From Octopus bimaculoides (taxonomy: Eukaryota), in assembly GCF_001194135.2 (NCBI RefSeq), contig NC_068984.1, positions 13,540,456-13,598,220 of the forward strand: 57,765 nt of DNA, in the 5' to 3' direction. The notes beneath the pieces were generated by a model. It was not told where the DNA came from, did no database searches, and saw nothing but the letters and a program-made list of their open reading frames with translations. The translations under genes and the position numbers were made by a program. The first letter of the stretch is position 1. Each line of letters opens with the position of its first letter. This document shows positions 24,068 to 37,247 of this stretch, piece after piece.

Positions 24068-25200
24068 ATGGAAAAGTTTATTAAGAGGAATCATAACCGT
24101 GACGATTATGAATCCGAAAGTGAAGGTTCGTCGAATGCAAATAAGCGTGGTGATAATAACGTGAAAGCTCGATCCAATCGTAAATATTGTAATAGCCATT
24201 TAAAGTTTGGGTTTCATTGGACTGGCAACAAGGATCAACCTCTTCCGCTGTGTGTTGGTTGTGGTGAAAAGATGTCTAACGAAGGCAAGTTGTCCAGCAC
24301 GTTGAAAAAGACATTTTACAACTAGACACATCTTCAATGTAGAGATCTGAATTATTTCCAAAGACTGCTAGAACAGCAATCTAAACAAATAAACTATTTT
24401 GAAAAAAAAAAAAAAAAAAAGATGAATGCTTCTGAAAAGATAGCCGAAATGATTGCACTACAAAGGAAATCGCATACTTTAGCCGAGTCGATTATCTTAC
24501 CCGCTTGCAGAGAGATGGTTAACACCATGTTAGATGATGAAGCCGAGTAAGAAATAAGCAAGATTCCGCTCTCAAATAATACAATCCATAGGAGAATTAC
24601 GGATGTATCTGCTGATATAGAGCGAAATGTTCAGCAAACCTCAGAACTCAGAATTTGCTCTACAGGTTGACGAATCAACTGACATTAGCAACAAAGTATA
24701 GTTACATTTATTCGCTTTATTGATGGTAACCAAATCATAAATCAGTTCTTTTGTTGCGAAGAAATGCCACTCACTACAAGAGGTCAAGGTAGTTGTGACA
24801 TTTTACCTGCCTACCTCAAAAAATGGAATTTATTCAAGTGTTGGAATATGTACCGATGGGGCACCATCTATAATAGGCTCTATCAAAGGTTTTGTATCAC
24901 TCGTAAAACAGCAAAATCCTAATGCTATACGTACACATTATTTCCTACATAGGGAGGTACTAGTTTCAAAAACAACACCAGTTGAGTTAAAACAAGTATT
25001 AAACCAAATTGTTGAAATGGCTAATTACATTAAAAGTAGGCCGTTGAACTATCGCTTATTTGAATAAATTTGTGTTGATATGGATTCCCATCACAAGCGC
25101 TCACTTTTACACACAAAAGTCAAATGAATCTCAAAAGCTAAGGTGCTACGTTGAATACATGAACTCCAGTAGGAATTGCATGCATTTTTTAAAGAAGAAA
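24068..25200 (+). pseudogene. hAT Buster/Charlie (ZBED5/SCAND3-like) transposase remnant
   Basis: BED-like RKY...LKFGF...PLCVGCGEKMSNE; KIPLSNNTIHRRI; LQVDESTD; GICTDGAPS; H-x-FLHREVLVSK; YIKSRPLN-x-RLF. Many stops and frameshifts. Confidence 0.88.
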
Positions 25201-25264
25201 AACATGATCGCTTCTTGGAATAGCTACAATGGGAATTTTGAATTTCCAAGCTGTCTTGGGCCAA

Positions 25265-25619
25265 CAGTCACTTGACTGCGGCCATGCTGGATCACCACCT
25301 TTAGTCGAGAAAATCGACCCGCCAGAGCTTATTCTCTGTAAGCCTACTACTTATGCTATATTTTGCCGAACCGCTAAGTTACGAGGACGTAAACACACCA
25401 GTATCGGTTGTCCAGCGATGTTGCGGTGACAAACACAGACTCACAAACATATACACACGCGATGGGCTCCTTTCAGTTTCCGTCTACCAAATCCGTTCAC
25501 ATAGCTTTTTCCCGCTCGTAGCTACAGTAGACACTTGCCCAAGGTGCCACGCAGTGGGACTGAATCCGGAACCATGTGGTTGGTAAGCAAGCTGCTTACC
25601 ACACATCCACTCCTGCGCC
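25265..25619 (-). mobile_element. SINE family A
   Basis: Reverse complement of 8873-9248 over its length. Confidence 0.9.
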
Positions 25620-26932
25620 TATATGTACGTATATGTAAGATATCCTGAAAGAAAGCATAAACGGCTAGTTAAAATAACTTCTGCGTTATTTTCGAACTTA
25701 TTACTATATTTCTAATATGAAATAATTGAACTTATCCAAACATTGTTAAATAATTTCTAAGGTAATTTCTTGTTAAGATTGTTTTGATTCGAAGACTCAC
25801 TTCGCTTAGACATTTCGAGATATGTGTCACTACGCAAAGAAAGCTGTGACCAAAGAAATAATTAGTTGAATAAAATGAAAAACAGAATAAAAATAAAAAT
25901 TACAAAAGAACTAAATTATCTGACAGATTTGAAATTACTCGAGACATAAAAATGAAAAACTTTACCGTTCTCTTATATAGGCATTGGCTTGTATCCAAGA
26001 CATTCCCAGAAGTCTTTAAAAAAGTTTTTTTTTTATGTTGTAATGAAAACTGTCAAAAGCAGATATTAGTTAAAATTAAAATAAGAATACTACAAAGAAA
26101 CACATATCAACGTATCAGAAATTAGCTATACATAAAATTAAAATAAAAAATAAAATGACATGCGAAACCAGTAAAATAACACCACAGGCTCTGTCTCAAA
26201 GTCACTGACGACTATGAAAACATTATTTCTGTAGCTGTTGTTATTGTTGTTGATCAGGCTGTCTTTGTGTTATATTATGAAAGCGATTGATCAGGAATAT
26301 TACAAGGACAGAATAAAAATATTCTCCAAATCCATGGAGTACAATGTTTCTTTCTCATATTCGTAGTCTGCAAAATAAACACTGTGATGAAATAGATCTA
26401 TACATTCTCACCTCTAGAATTTTGATTTATGCTTAATAAAAATTTGAATTTTCTCTTTCCTTTGCAAAAATATTAGTTTATAATATGTGAAATTCCTTCT
26501 CCTTTCATGTCGTTATGTTTCTGAAGTTACGGCTGTATGTTAAGAAGGCTACGTTCCACTCTGCAACATCTTATATAATTTTCTTGTACTACTGAACTCC
26601 TGTCTTTATTTAGGCATAAAGCCCCAGCATAGAATGGACATTACAAGGACAGACAACACAAAACGTGGGGTACATGTAACGAATGACGAATATGTGACGG
26701 AATATTTATAATGAAAGGATGAAATGGCTTACGAGCCCCTTAAAGCTCGCAGTTCCATTTTACTCTTCTTTTATACAGTCTCTTCTCTTTTTATCGTTCG
26801 TTCGTTATATGTTCAAGCAGATCCTCTCTCCCAATACTACGGAAAACTGTGGAAGCCCATCATGTAGTGTAATATATACAAATACTTAATGTATGTGCTT
26901 TACTTGTTCACACGTAGGTTTCAAATTGGTAC

Positions 26933-27077
26933 GGTGGGGACGACTTTAACAAAGTGCCGGGTGTTAAAACACATGAAAGTCACAGACAGGTGACCCAAAA
27001 TCTGGGGTGGGTTATCTCACCTATCTATGACTTTCAGATGTTTTAACACCCAGTGTTTTGATGGATTCGTCTCCATC
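26933..27077. mobile_element. Short fold-back (palindromic) MITE-like element
   Basis: About 61-bp diverged arms (26933-26993 / 27017-27077) sharing GGGTGTTAAAACA-x-x-TGAAAGTCA-x-AGA-x-AGGTGA. Confidence 0.7.
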
Positions 27078-27759
27078 ATGTCATGTTGCAGCAAATCGGC
27101 GAACAGGCATAATGCATAGATTGAGTACGTGTCTTCGCTAATGTTTACAACACTACCGCTTCTAACGCATATTTCAATATATATATATTTCAATATANNN
27201 NNNNNNNNNNNNNNNNNNNNNNNNNNNNNNNNNNNNNNNNNNNNNNNNNNNNNNNNNNNNNNNNNNNNNNNNNNNNNNNNNNNNNNNNNNNNNNNNNNNN
27301 NNNNNNNNNNNNNNNNNNNNNNNNNNNNNNNNNNNNNNNNNNNNNNNNNNNNNNNNNNNNNNNNNNNNNNNNNNNNNNNNNNNNNNNNNNNNNNNNNNNN
27401 NNNNNNNNNNNNNNNNNNNNNNNNNNNNNNNNNNNNNNNNNNNNNNNNNNNNNNNNNNNNNNNNNNNNNNNNNNNNNNNNNNNNNNNNNNNNNNNNNNNN
27501 NNNNNNNNNNNNNNNNNNNNNNNNNNNNNNNNNNNNNNNNNNNNNNNNNNNNNNNNNNNNNNNNNNNNNNNNNNNNNNNNNNNNNNNNNNNNNNNNNNNN
27601 NTTTTTTAATAGAGTAGCTATTTTTGCATTTTATTCAACGAAAAGTTTGATTGATTTTCACGTTTCAGCTGGTTTTCTTCCGTCAAAAAATCTGTCGATG
27701 GCCAGTAATACCAAACTTCGAAATGACTGTCAACCCTCTCCTTGCAAACGATTTATAGG

Positions 27760-28005
27760 TGTGCGTTTTTATGTGTTTATATGTATGTGGCTGTGAGTGT
27801 GTCTTTGTGTTTGTTCTTCGTCTCTGCTTTACAATTAGTTTTGGTTTGTTTAAATTTGTGGTCCGGCAAAAGAGTCAGATATAATTTACACTAGACTTTA
27901 AAAAAACAAAAAAGTACTGGATTGGATTTTATCGAAGAAACTCTTCTGTGTAGTCCTCTTTCTTGTCCGCATTGGACTGACTAAAAAAAGTAAAAGTAAA
28001 GAGGA
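27760..28005 (+). mobile_element. Degenerate SINE family A 3' half
   Basis: TG-rich tract, then CCGGCAAAAGAG..., ACTAGACTTTAAAAA and an A-rich tail resembling family A. Confidence 0.5.
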
Positions 28006-28632
28006 GTAATATTCAAACATAGAAACGTTTCAATGTTGTTGTCAAGAGCCTTCAAACACTCTAGTTAGAGTTAGTAGTATTTCTCCTTGTATTTTTGTAA
28101 CATCTTATCTGATTCTGAACGATACATTCTCCAACATTGGTTTTAATTAACTTTTAGATTTCTACATAATTTTTGGTATTTCCAAGTATCTCACAGATAC
28201 CTGTTAACATAGAATTTGCGTTGTAAGTGTTAGTTTCCCTAAAATCAGAAAAGAAATTTTGTTGCTATTTGTATTAAGATTCTTTCATTCGTTAATAGAC
28301 ATTTTTTGGGTTGTACAGGAAATACTTTTTAAAAAGTTTTCTAATTGAAGAATACACTTCCTTTGTGTTTATGCTATTTTCTACTGGATGAGCTACGATG
28401 TATATGTGTGGATATGTTTCTCTTTACATCTAACGTCTAAAAATTCTCACGTCATTACTGATGTGGAAGTGTAACGATAACACATTTGGGTGGCAAGGGC
28501 TATACACATTTAAATACTATGAAACAAAAATTATCATGCGAATTCTGACATGGAAGTGTAATGTATTGCATGGCGATAAATTCTACATAAATCTACTACA
28601 ATAAAAATGGCAATATAGAAGCCAAATATATT

Positions 28633-28680
28633 TCTAATCTGATGAAAACTCTATCACGGTCTTGAAACGTAAGTTATAGA
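28633..28680 (+). ncRNA. Hammerhead-like motif (intact core, decayed stems)
   Basis: CTGATGA (28639-28645) ... GAAACGTA (28664-28671); stems II and I are only partly complementary. Confidence 0.35.
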
Positions 28681-30741
28681 TGTTGCAGACTTATTGTCTT
28701 AGACAATCAGTAAATGTTAATTTCCAAAATAAATTTTCTTTCATGAGTCAAATAACTCTTGTCTTAGGTGTTCTTTAAAATTGGAAATTTATTTGTAATA
28801 TTTAACATTTATCTACCTGTCAAGATAAAAATATTCATTGAATCGTCTGTAACTTAAAATTAGATTTCAAATTTTTGGAGCTTGGATTTCAAATTTGTGG
28901 TTCCCTTATGTTTGGCACTTTGAGCGTTACCCAAAGTAGTTTGGGCTTAGTATAGCTCCTTTATACATTAGTTGTATTTTCTTTAAATTGTGATACACAC
29001 AACAGCTTCCAGTATTGCGATGACGGTCATAATTTTATGCTTAGACTTAGTTATGTGTTTATAATTTTAATTGAGAAAATAGTTCATTGTTTTGTAGGAA
29101 CCTCTATCAATCTTAATTATATAATTCGAACTGGATTCACCTATACTTTGCTCTCATATACAAAAATATCCATCTTTAAATTTGTCTACTGTTACATATT
29201 TTAATTATTTATATTCACATTTTCACCGGTTGCAGTTATAATATGGCTTTGGTTTGTCGAATAGACTGTAAGCTTAATTATATTTCATTTTGTAATATTA
29301 AAAAAAAAATTTCTACCTGATCTATTTTTATCATTCATGTTGTAAATATTTATGACTATATTTTCTTTTATATTGTTGTTTCTTTTGGCATTGATCTTTT
29401 CTTCAAGATTTCAATTGTATTAACTGTTCGATATTTTAAGCTCTGTATCTCTGTCTTTTTTTTTTATCAAATATGTTTCTTCTTCAATTGGCCGACAATC
29501 TGTATCCCAATTCATTTATTAATCAGATTTCAAACTTTGAGTGTATCAAAACTTTAAAAGTTATCAATCTTTGAGTTTGAGTGTAACTTCAAAATAGAAT
29601 GAAAAATATTACTTCGCATACATGTAGACATTTATTTGATGGAGGTGAATGGTAAAGTTCAGACAATAAATTTATAATATTCCCGAGGTCGTTGAACACA
29701 TGTTTTGTTCCAGATAAAGTAGGCGTTTCGTATATATTCATAATATTTGTATATTTTCTTACAACAAAGTCGGGATATTCATTCCATATTTATCCGTGAC
29801 AAAAGAGATAACCTCCTGTACAATCGTATATATTTACTCGTAGTACTACCGTTAGTAGATAAGAATAAATATGGTGAAGTTTAACGCTTCGCAAATGAGG
29901 TCATAACAAGACAGAAATATATCCCGTGTTGTCTCTCATACTTGCCGAAAGACTTGAAAATATTAGAAATAGATTTAAAATTTATTTTACCTCTCCACGT
30001 TCTTATTTGCAATAAACTTTTGATGCTGGTTGTATTTAATACATTCATACTAACTTAATCGTTGGTTATCTTGATTTTCGTATTTGCTTTCAAATTCAAT
30101 TTATAAGTTGTTGATTTGTTTTGTTCGTCATAAGTGTGTTAACAAGAGATTACCAGCCGGCGCCACATGAAAACATTAAGAATACAAATGTTACATAATC
30201 AGCAATATAATTCAGATAATACGTTAGTGCATTATTTAAGTCAGTATGTATGAGTATTTTCATGAGTTGTTTTTCCTAACTTATTATTTCATCATGTCAT
30301 TATATATTTTACTTAGCAGTGAATTAACAATGCCTGTTCTTATATTGCCTGGTGATACTTTGTTTTAGGAAGAATACAGTCTATGACGAAATTCGGTGAT
30401 ATTAAATGTATTGAATGTTTATGTGAGATTGCCAATATTTCTAGGTGGTGTTTTGGTTCTATACTCTATTGATTATTATATTAAATAATTAATTTGATTA
30501 TAGTTGTTGTTTAGAAAGCTAATCATTAGCACAGATGCAGTTAAAATGCATATTCGGCTTTTGCTTGTAGATAAGGAGATATGTGATGTGAGCAAAAATC
30601 TGCACATACATTCATATATTCATATCTACCTGGCTATCTCTCTACTTAGCTAGATTGCTGGTTCATTTATCTATCTATCTCTATACACGTACATATACAG
30701 ACAAGTGCGTGCATACACACACACACACACATACACACACG

Positions 30742-30777
<36 letters not shown>

Positions 30778-33255
30778 TATATATATATATATATATATAN
30801 NNNNNNNNNNNNNNNNNNNNNNNNNNNNNNNNNNNNNNNNNNNNNNNNNNNNNNNNNNNNNNNNNNNNNNNNNNNNNNNNNNNNNNNNNNNNNNNNNNNN
30901 NNNNNNNNNNNNNNNNNNNATATATATTTATATATATGTATAATCGGGTTTCTCTCTCTCTCTCTCATTCCATATATATATGTGTGTGTGCAGAGAAGGA
31001 GAAACGTAGTTTTATACATATATATATATATATATACTTCACATCTTAATACTGTGATCCATATTCGGGTTCATAGCGTTTAGTTTCACATTTGAACAAG
31101 ACATTCTAAACAATTTTCAACAAGACACTGTTTCTTCCTTAGCGTAGTAAACCAATTCCCTTTTCTTCTGCGTATATCTTATATTCCGAGTGGAATGGAT
31201 ATACAAATGCAGCAAAATAAATACCATGTGAAGAAATACTTCATACATAAAATCAGAAGAATTATACATATTATGAAAACTAACAGAAATATATGGATTT
31301 GGAGACACGAAATTCACTGATAGACTTCTTTAGTTTATTTTTAGGATGTTAGGCTACCAATATATTAAATATTTACAAATATTTACGAGGCCTATGAATA
31401 AAGGGTATTAAATTCTGTATATCTAAAACATTATAAGCCTGTGAAATGTTTTAAAGTAAATACAGGAAGAATTGCAATAAATAACACATATTAATTATAC
31501 AGTGTCACCACTATTTGGATGTTTGAGCCGTGAGTTAAATTCTATGTTAATATTCTATACCCAAATATGTCCGCCACATATAATTCACAGTACAGACTGC
31601 TGGACACAAGATTAGAATGATGAGGTCAGTGAAGAAAATTATCCATATGGGCACTTATGATTATCGTTTCAAGATATTTTTCCAACATTAAACAATGGTT
31701 ATCAATCCCCCCTCTCTCTCACACACACGTGTGTATATAGTGTATATATAAATTCATACATATACATTAAGCTTCATGTGTCTGCCGCTTTCAAGACCTG
31801 TCAAGAAAAGGAAACGAAAAGAAAAAAAGCTACGTGACGTCCAGGTGGAATGGTTGTAGAAAAATTTTAATCTGACATGATAGTTAACTGACATCACAAC
31901 AAGAAACGAAATTAAAGGAACTCCTTCATTCATCAAATTCCAAAAACGGAGAAAGAAATGTAGAAATGAAAGTAAAATAAACTAACAACCACACCAATGG
32001 TGGTGCCCTAACATTACCAATCCTGTGGTTCAAACATGTAAAATAGAATAAAATGACTGAGGCCAACCCTATATATCTTAAAGACTCCTTCAAGAAGTTA
32101 ACAGACGCAGAGATACAACCGCTTGAAGCATAGCTTCACGTTAGTAGAGAGCGAGGCACAATGAAGCAGGCCATTCACAAGCGGAAACGGAGATCGGATG
32201 AGAAATAGCTATGGAAAGCCGTCGTTTAAAAANNNNNNNNNNNNNNNNNNNNNNNNNNNNNNNNNNNNNNNNNNNNNNNNNNNNNNNNNNNNNNNNNNNN
32301 NNNNNNNNNNNNNNNNNNNNNNNNNNNNNNNNNNNNNNNNNNNNNNNNNNNNNNNNNNNNNNNNNNNNNNNNNNNNNNNNNNNNNNNNNNNNNNNNNNNN
32401 NNNNNNNNNNNNNNNNNNNNNNNNNNNNNNNNNNNNNNNNNNNNNNNNNNNNNNNNNNNNNNNNNNNNNNNNNNNNNNNNNNNNNNNNNNNNNNNNNNNN
32501 NNNNNNNNNNNNNNNNNNNNNNNNNNNNNNNNNNNNNNNNNNNNNNNNNNNNNNNNNNNNNNNNNNNNNNNNNNNNNNNNNNNNNNNNNNNNNNNNNNNN
32601 NNNNNNNNNNNNNNNNNNNNNNNNNNNNNNNNNNNNNNNNNNNNNNNNNNNNNNNNNNNNNNNNNNNNNNNNNNNNNNNNNNNNNNNNNNNNNNNNNNNN
32701 NNNNNNNNNNNNNNNNNNNNNNNNNNNNNNNNNNNNNNNNNNNNNNNNNNNNNNNNNNNNNNNNNNNNNNNNNNNNNNNNNNNNNNNNNNNNNNNNNNNN
32801 NNNNNNNNNNNNNNNNNNNNNNNNNNNNNNNNNNNNNNNNNNNNNNNNNNNNNNNNNNNNNNNNNNNNNNNNNNNNNNNNNNNNNNNNNNNNNNNNNNNN
32901 NNNNNNNNNNNNNNNNNNNNNNNNNNNNNNNNNNNNNNNNNNNNNNNNNNNNNNNNNNNNNNNNNNNNNNNNNNNNNNNNNNNNNNNNNNNNNNNNNNNN
33001 NNNNNNNNNNNNNNNNNNNNNNNNNNNNNNNNNNNNNNNNNNNNNNNNNNNNNNNNNNNNNNNNNNNNNNNNNNNNNNNNNNNNNNNNNNNNNNNNNNNT
33101 TTCAAAAATGTTGATGGCGTGTCATGTTGTTAGATAAAGGTAGACTCTTACACTTATCATAGTTATATTAAAACAAGTTTTGAATTCCTCTTTGTGCTTT
33201 TTGTCTCTAATGTGCAACTAAACTTAAAATGTTTCTTTCAACTTTTCGTTTCCCT

Positions 33256-33460
33256 GGTTACATTGCTTAGCAGTATTTCGTCTGTCTTTATGTTCTGAGT
33301 TGAAATTCCACCGAGGTCGACTTTGACTTTCATCCTTTCGGGGTCGATAAATTAAGTACCAGTTGCGTACTGGAATCGATCTAACCGACTCGTAACCTTC
33401 CCCCACAAAAGAAAAAAATCAAAAAAATCGGGACTTGTGCCTAGAGTAGAAAAGTATATT
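33256..33460 (+). mobile_element. SINE family B, tail type ...GTGCCTAGAGTAGAAAA
   Basis: Core GAGGTCGACTTTGACTTTCATCCTTTCGGGGTCGATAAATTAAGTACCAGTT. Confidence 0.88.
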
Positions 33461-33479
33461 ACACATAGCATGTTCAAAA

Positions 33480-34500
33480 GGTGTTGTGAATGCAGTATTT
33501 AGGGTTGTCTTGCCTTCAGATACAAAACTGCAGTCAAAGAAGACATAGTTGCAAGTGCACTCTGCTGCATTGGATAAACACTTGCTAACAGTAGGTTGCT
33601 AAAAATGTTTTCTAAGTTTTTTTTTGTTTCATTCCGAAAAGCTACCTTCGAACAATATCGATAGTTCTTTAACATGTTCATATACAGTCACGTATTTATT
33701 CTTCTTATATGAGAATCATGTTGGCAGTGACTTCGAAGTTTCGGACTACGAGGCATTAGAGTTAGTCTTGCTTTTGTCTCTGCTGAGATAAAAACCCTTC
33801 TTTCGGTGTGTGGGTTATAGAGAAGTGGTAGTTATTTTATTTTACGTTTGATTGTTATGGGATGGTGTTTTGGAAAAAAATTGAATTCATTAAATTTGGG
33901 GTTACGCTATTGTTTAGAATTTATTCATGCATGTAGAATTTTGTAAACAATCCTGTAAGTATTTCGCTTTTGTTAGGTAGGCATGGTTTCGCTTTGGCTT
34001 TTTGCTTTGATAACGTAAATTTTAAACGCACAGTGTCCAGTATTTACAGTCTTATTAGCTGTATCAACTTTTTTCTCAAACGAATATAGGCATGTGCTGA
34101 GTTTAGGCTGGTCATTTCCTACTTGTTATTGTTGTTATTTAGAGTATTTCTTTTTTTAATTTGTAAGGTTGGGGTTATTAGTGAGGCATGTCATGGCTTT
34201 GTAAGTTTAGAAAGTTGTTTCTCTTGTGCTTTGATGTTCAAAAAGTATTTGAGTAATGGTTGTATGTTTATAAGCTTCTATCTCGGTGTGCATTGTTCTA
34301 TAAGTAGTTTTATAAGCTCATAGCGATTTTAAACATCTTGCTTTGTGGAGGTAGATCTTATTTAGTGTTTATTTATAAAATTTATTCAAATTCTCTTCTA
34401 GATATATGCTAAACTGGCGCTGATATATGGTGTGTATAGACTGATGTGAAAGAATGGGAAGAAATATATGATAATTTAATTTAAAAACATAATTTGATTC
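33480..34500 (-). mobile_element. Possible old Penelope-like ORF relic
   Basis: A/C-rich minus strand with FPKHHP and NPHT fragments. No clean ORF, so the assignment is weak. Confidence 0.3.
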
Positions 34501-34634
34501 AAAAAAAGATAAAGCAAAGAGTTTTTTCAGGTTGCTTGCATAGAAGTAAGCATTTTATGTGTTAGTGCGTAGGTTTGTATAGTTTTATTAGAAAATCATT
34601 AATGGGGATTTTAGTTGGAGAAAGAGAGACTGCT

Positions 34635-35034
34635 ACTCTTTTTTACTCTTTTACTTTTTTACTTGTTTCAGTCATTTGAGTGTGGTCATGCTGGAGCACC
34701 GGATTTAGTCGAGAAAATCCACCCCAGGACTTATTCTTTATAAGCCTAGTACTTATTCTATCGGTCTGTTTTGCCGAACTGCTAAGTTACGGGGACGTAA
34801 AAATACCAGCACCGGTTGTCAAGCACAGACACACAAACATACACACGCATACATATATATATACATATATACGACGGGCTTCTTTCAGTTTCCGTCTACC
34901 AAATCCACTCACAAGGCTTTGGTCGGTCCGAGGCTACAGTAGAAGACACTTGCCCAAGGTGCCACGCAGTGAGACTAAACTCGGAACTATGTGGTTGGCA
35001 AGCAAGCTACTTACCACACAGCCACTCCTACGCC
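34635..35034 (-). mobile_element. SINE family A, full length
   Basis: Reverse complement of 8873-9248, including the (AAAAGAGT)-like tail. Confidence 0.92.
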
Positions 35035-35554
35035 TGTCAGATAATTTCTGGAGTACTTGTTTAGTATAAAGCTGTAAAAGTGTTTATCTTATTTAATATA
35101 ATGGGGTTAGTTTATGGAGTATATGGACGAAGGGGAAAGGGTGGTTATTAACAAGATTCAGCCGTTAGAGAATATCATTGGTTACAAGTGTTTTAATGTT
35201 TTTTCCCCTTCTTTTAGACTTTGTGCTTGCACGAAAAGAGCAGTTCGAAGTTTCGGTGCAGCATTTGGTCCATGAATGTTAGAATGTGGTGGCACTCCGT
35301 CGATTACGACGGCGCAGAACTTCGTGAGAAATGTTGTCACTTTGATTTTTAACTTAAAGGAGCCAAACGATGGAAATCCTTTTACGTCCCTGAACCAAAG
35401 TTTTGTCGACATGTTGTCCATAATAGCAATAAAGATCAAATGACATTATTGTAGCATACATCTATGTTAAGAATAGATATCTGAACCTTAGCTTGAAATC
35501 TGATAGAATTTTTTTCTGCGATCTTATATGAGACAATTGTTTTAGAAAAACTTC

Positions 35555-35819
35555 AAGCATTTTGCAAGTTGCTGAGCACTCCACAGACACGTGTACCCTT
35601 AACGTACTTCTCGGTGTGATTCAACCTGACACAGTGTGTGGCAAGGTTGGCTCTTTGAAATACAAGTACAAGAGAAACAGGAAGAAAGAGAGAGAGAAAG
35701 TCGTGGAGCTTTAGGTGTTTTCGCTCAATAAACACTCACAACGCCCGGTCTGGGAATCGAAACCATGATCCTACGATCGCGTGTCCGCTGCTCTAAACTC
35801 TGGGCCATTGCTCCTTCAC
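35555..35819 (-). mobile_element. SINE with family D head and a different body and tail
   Basis: Minus head ...GGCCCAGAGTTTAGAGCAGCGGAC...GGTTTCGATTCCCAGACCGGGCG...CACCTAAAGCTCCACG matches about 4252-4370, then diverges. Confidence 0.8.
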
Positions 35820-36327
35820 TTAGAATGTGGTAGGATTCGGTCGTACAAAGTTAGTAGTGTTTGTTATTACACATTGGTATGGTTGTGCATGTGAGAGTAT
35901 TTTTCGACTTGATCCTAAACTTAATTTTTTTCTTTTGTTTCTAATTGTTATATTTTTGGATAGTGACGTATCATTTTCTCTGTTTGGCTGCAAAACCCTA
36001 CACACCGAAACATGAATTTAACTCAACAGAGACTGCTATATAAAGGCAAGACTAAGTTTAATGCATCACAGTCCTCCGCTCGCTTCACTGACCGAAACTT
36101 CGAAGTCATTTTCAGCAACATTCTTGAATAAAAATAATAAATTTATACTCCACAAAAGTATAGAGTAGCGTATCAGATTAAAATCTTCGCTCTCTCTCCA
36201 AGTTTAGTAATGGGCCATGTCATAAAATGATTCGTTAAATATAAAAGTAATGAGAAATGTGAAAGAAATGAAGAAATATTTTATGATGTTTATGGAAATT
36301 TTTGCCGGCAAAGGAATATAGCTCTTG

Positions 36328-36395
36328 TATATATTTTGTACATGTATATATTTTGTACTTGTATATATTTTGTAATTGTATATATTTTGTGCATG
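36328..36395. repeat. 17-bp minisatellite, 4 copies
   Basis: TATATATTTTGTACATG / ...TACTTG / ...TAATTG / ...TGCATG. Confidence 0.9.
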
Positions 36396-37014
36396 TATAG
36401 TAAAATCCATTCTATTTATGGATAAAGAAATATAGAAACGTTAGAAATAAATGACAATCAAAATGTCACAAAAATAAATTTACCTTGAAATATAGAGCGC
36501 AAATGTTAATAATATTTGCGTCATACTTACGCCATTGACAGTAAAATAACTGCTTAAATATTTAAAGCTGTTGATACAAATTTGTGGCAGCAAATAAATA
36601 TTTTTTTAAAAAATAAATAGAAAGTGATTTCTAGTAGTAACACTTGAAATAATCAATAAATGCTTCAAGTGAATTACAGTGAAAATGTCACATTAATTCT
36701 GTTATATATGGAAGGCAGATGAGTGAATAAAAACTTCAATATTTCCTTAATAGTTAAGTGACGGGCACTAAATGAAGTAAACAAATAACTGAAGTTATTG
36801 AACGGAATCTTTAGCGTTTCAATGAGAAATATTTCTACTGTTTAGATGTAAACATATATGGAAGCAAATATTTTCAAACGAATGACATTGAAAATATCAT
36901 TGAACAAATTACCGTCGAATTATCGAGCAAAGACGAATGACCAAAACTGTTTAATGGGTCTTTATTACCAAAATACTAATGACACCTAATTTGAGTGCGA
37001 CGTTTGTGTTTCTT

Positions 37015-37247
37015 ATTTCTTTATTGCCCACAAGGGACTAAACATAGAGGGGACAAACAAGGACAGACAAAGGGATTAAGTCGATTACATCGACTCCATT
37101 GCGTAACTGGTACTTGATTTATCGACCCCGAAAGGATGAAAGCAAAGTCGACCTCGGCAGAATTTGAACTCAAACCGTAACGGCAGACGAAATACCGCTA
37201 AGCATTTCAACCGGCGTGCTAACGTTTCTGCTAGCTCGCCGCCTTGT
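37015..37247 (-). mobile_element. SINE family B, full length with 14-bp TSD
   Basis: TSD CGTTTGTGTTTCTT at 37001-37014 and 37248-37261; body is the reverse complement of 16466-16697. Confidence 0.95.

Noticed and set aside
27900-30200. Degenerate Penelope RT on the minus strand
   Set aside because: Only strand-biased composition and faint peptide resemblances; not supportable without a profile search.
32223-33110. Duplicated TT(T/C)AAAAA on both sides of the gap as a TSD
   Set aside because: An 8-nt AT-rich match at contig ends is more likely chance or contig overlap.
35218-35323. Plus-strand exon (TTTTAG| ... |GTGAGA)
   Set aside because: The peptide is unrecognisable, it lies among repeat relics, and such splice-like pairs are common in T-rich DNA.
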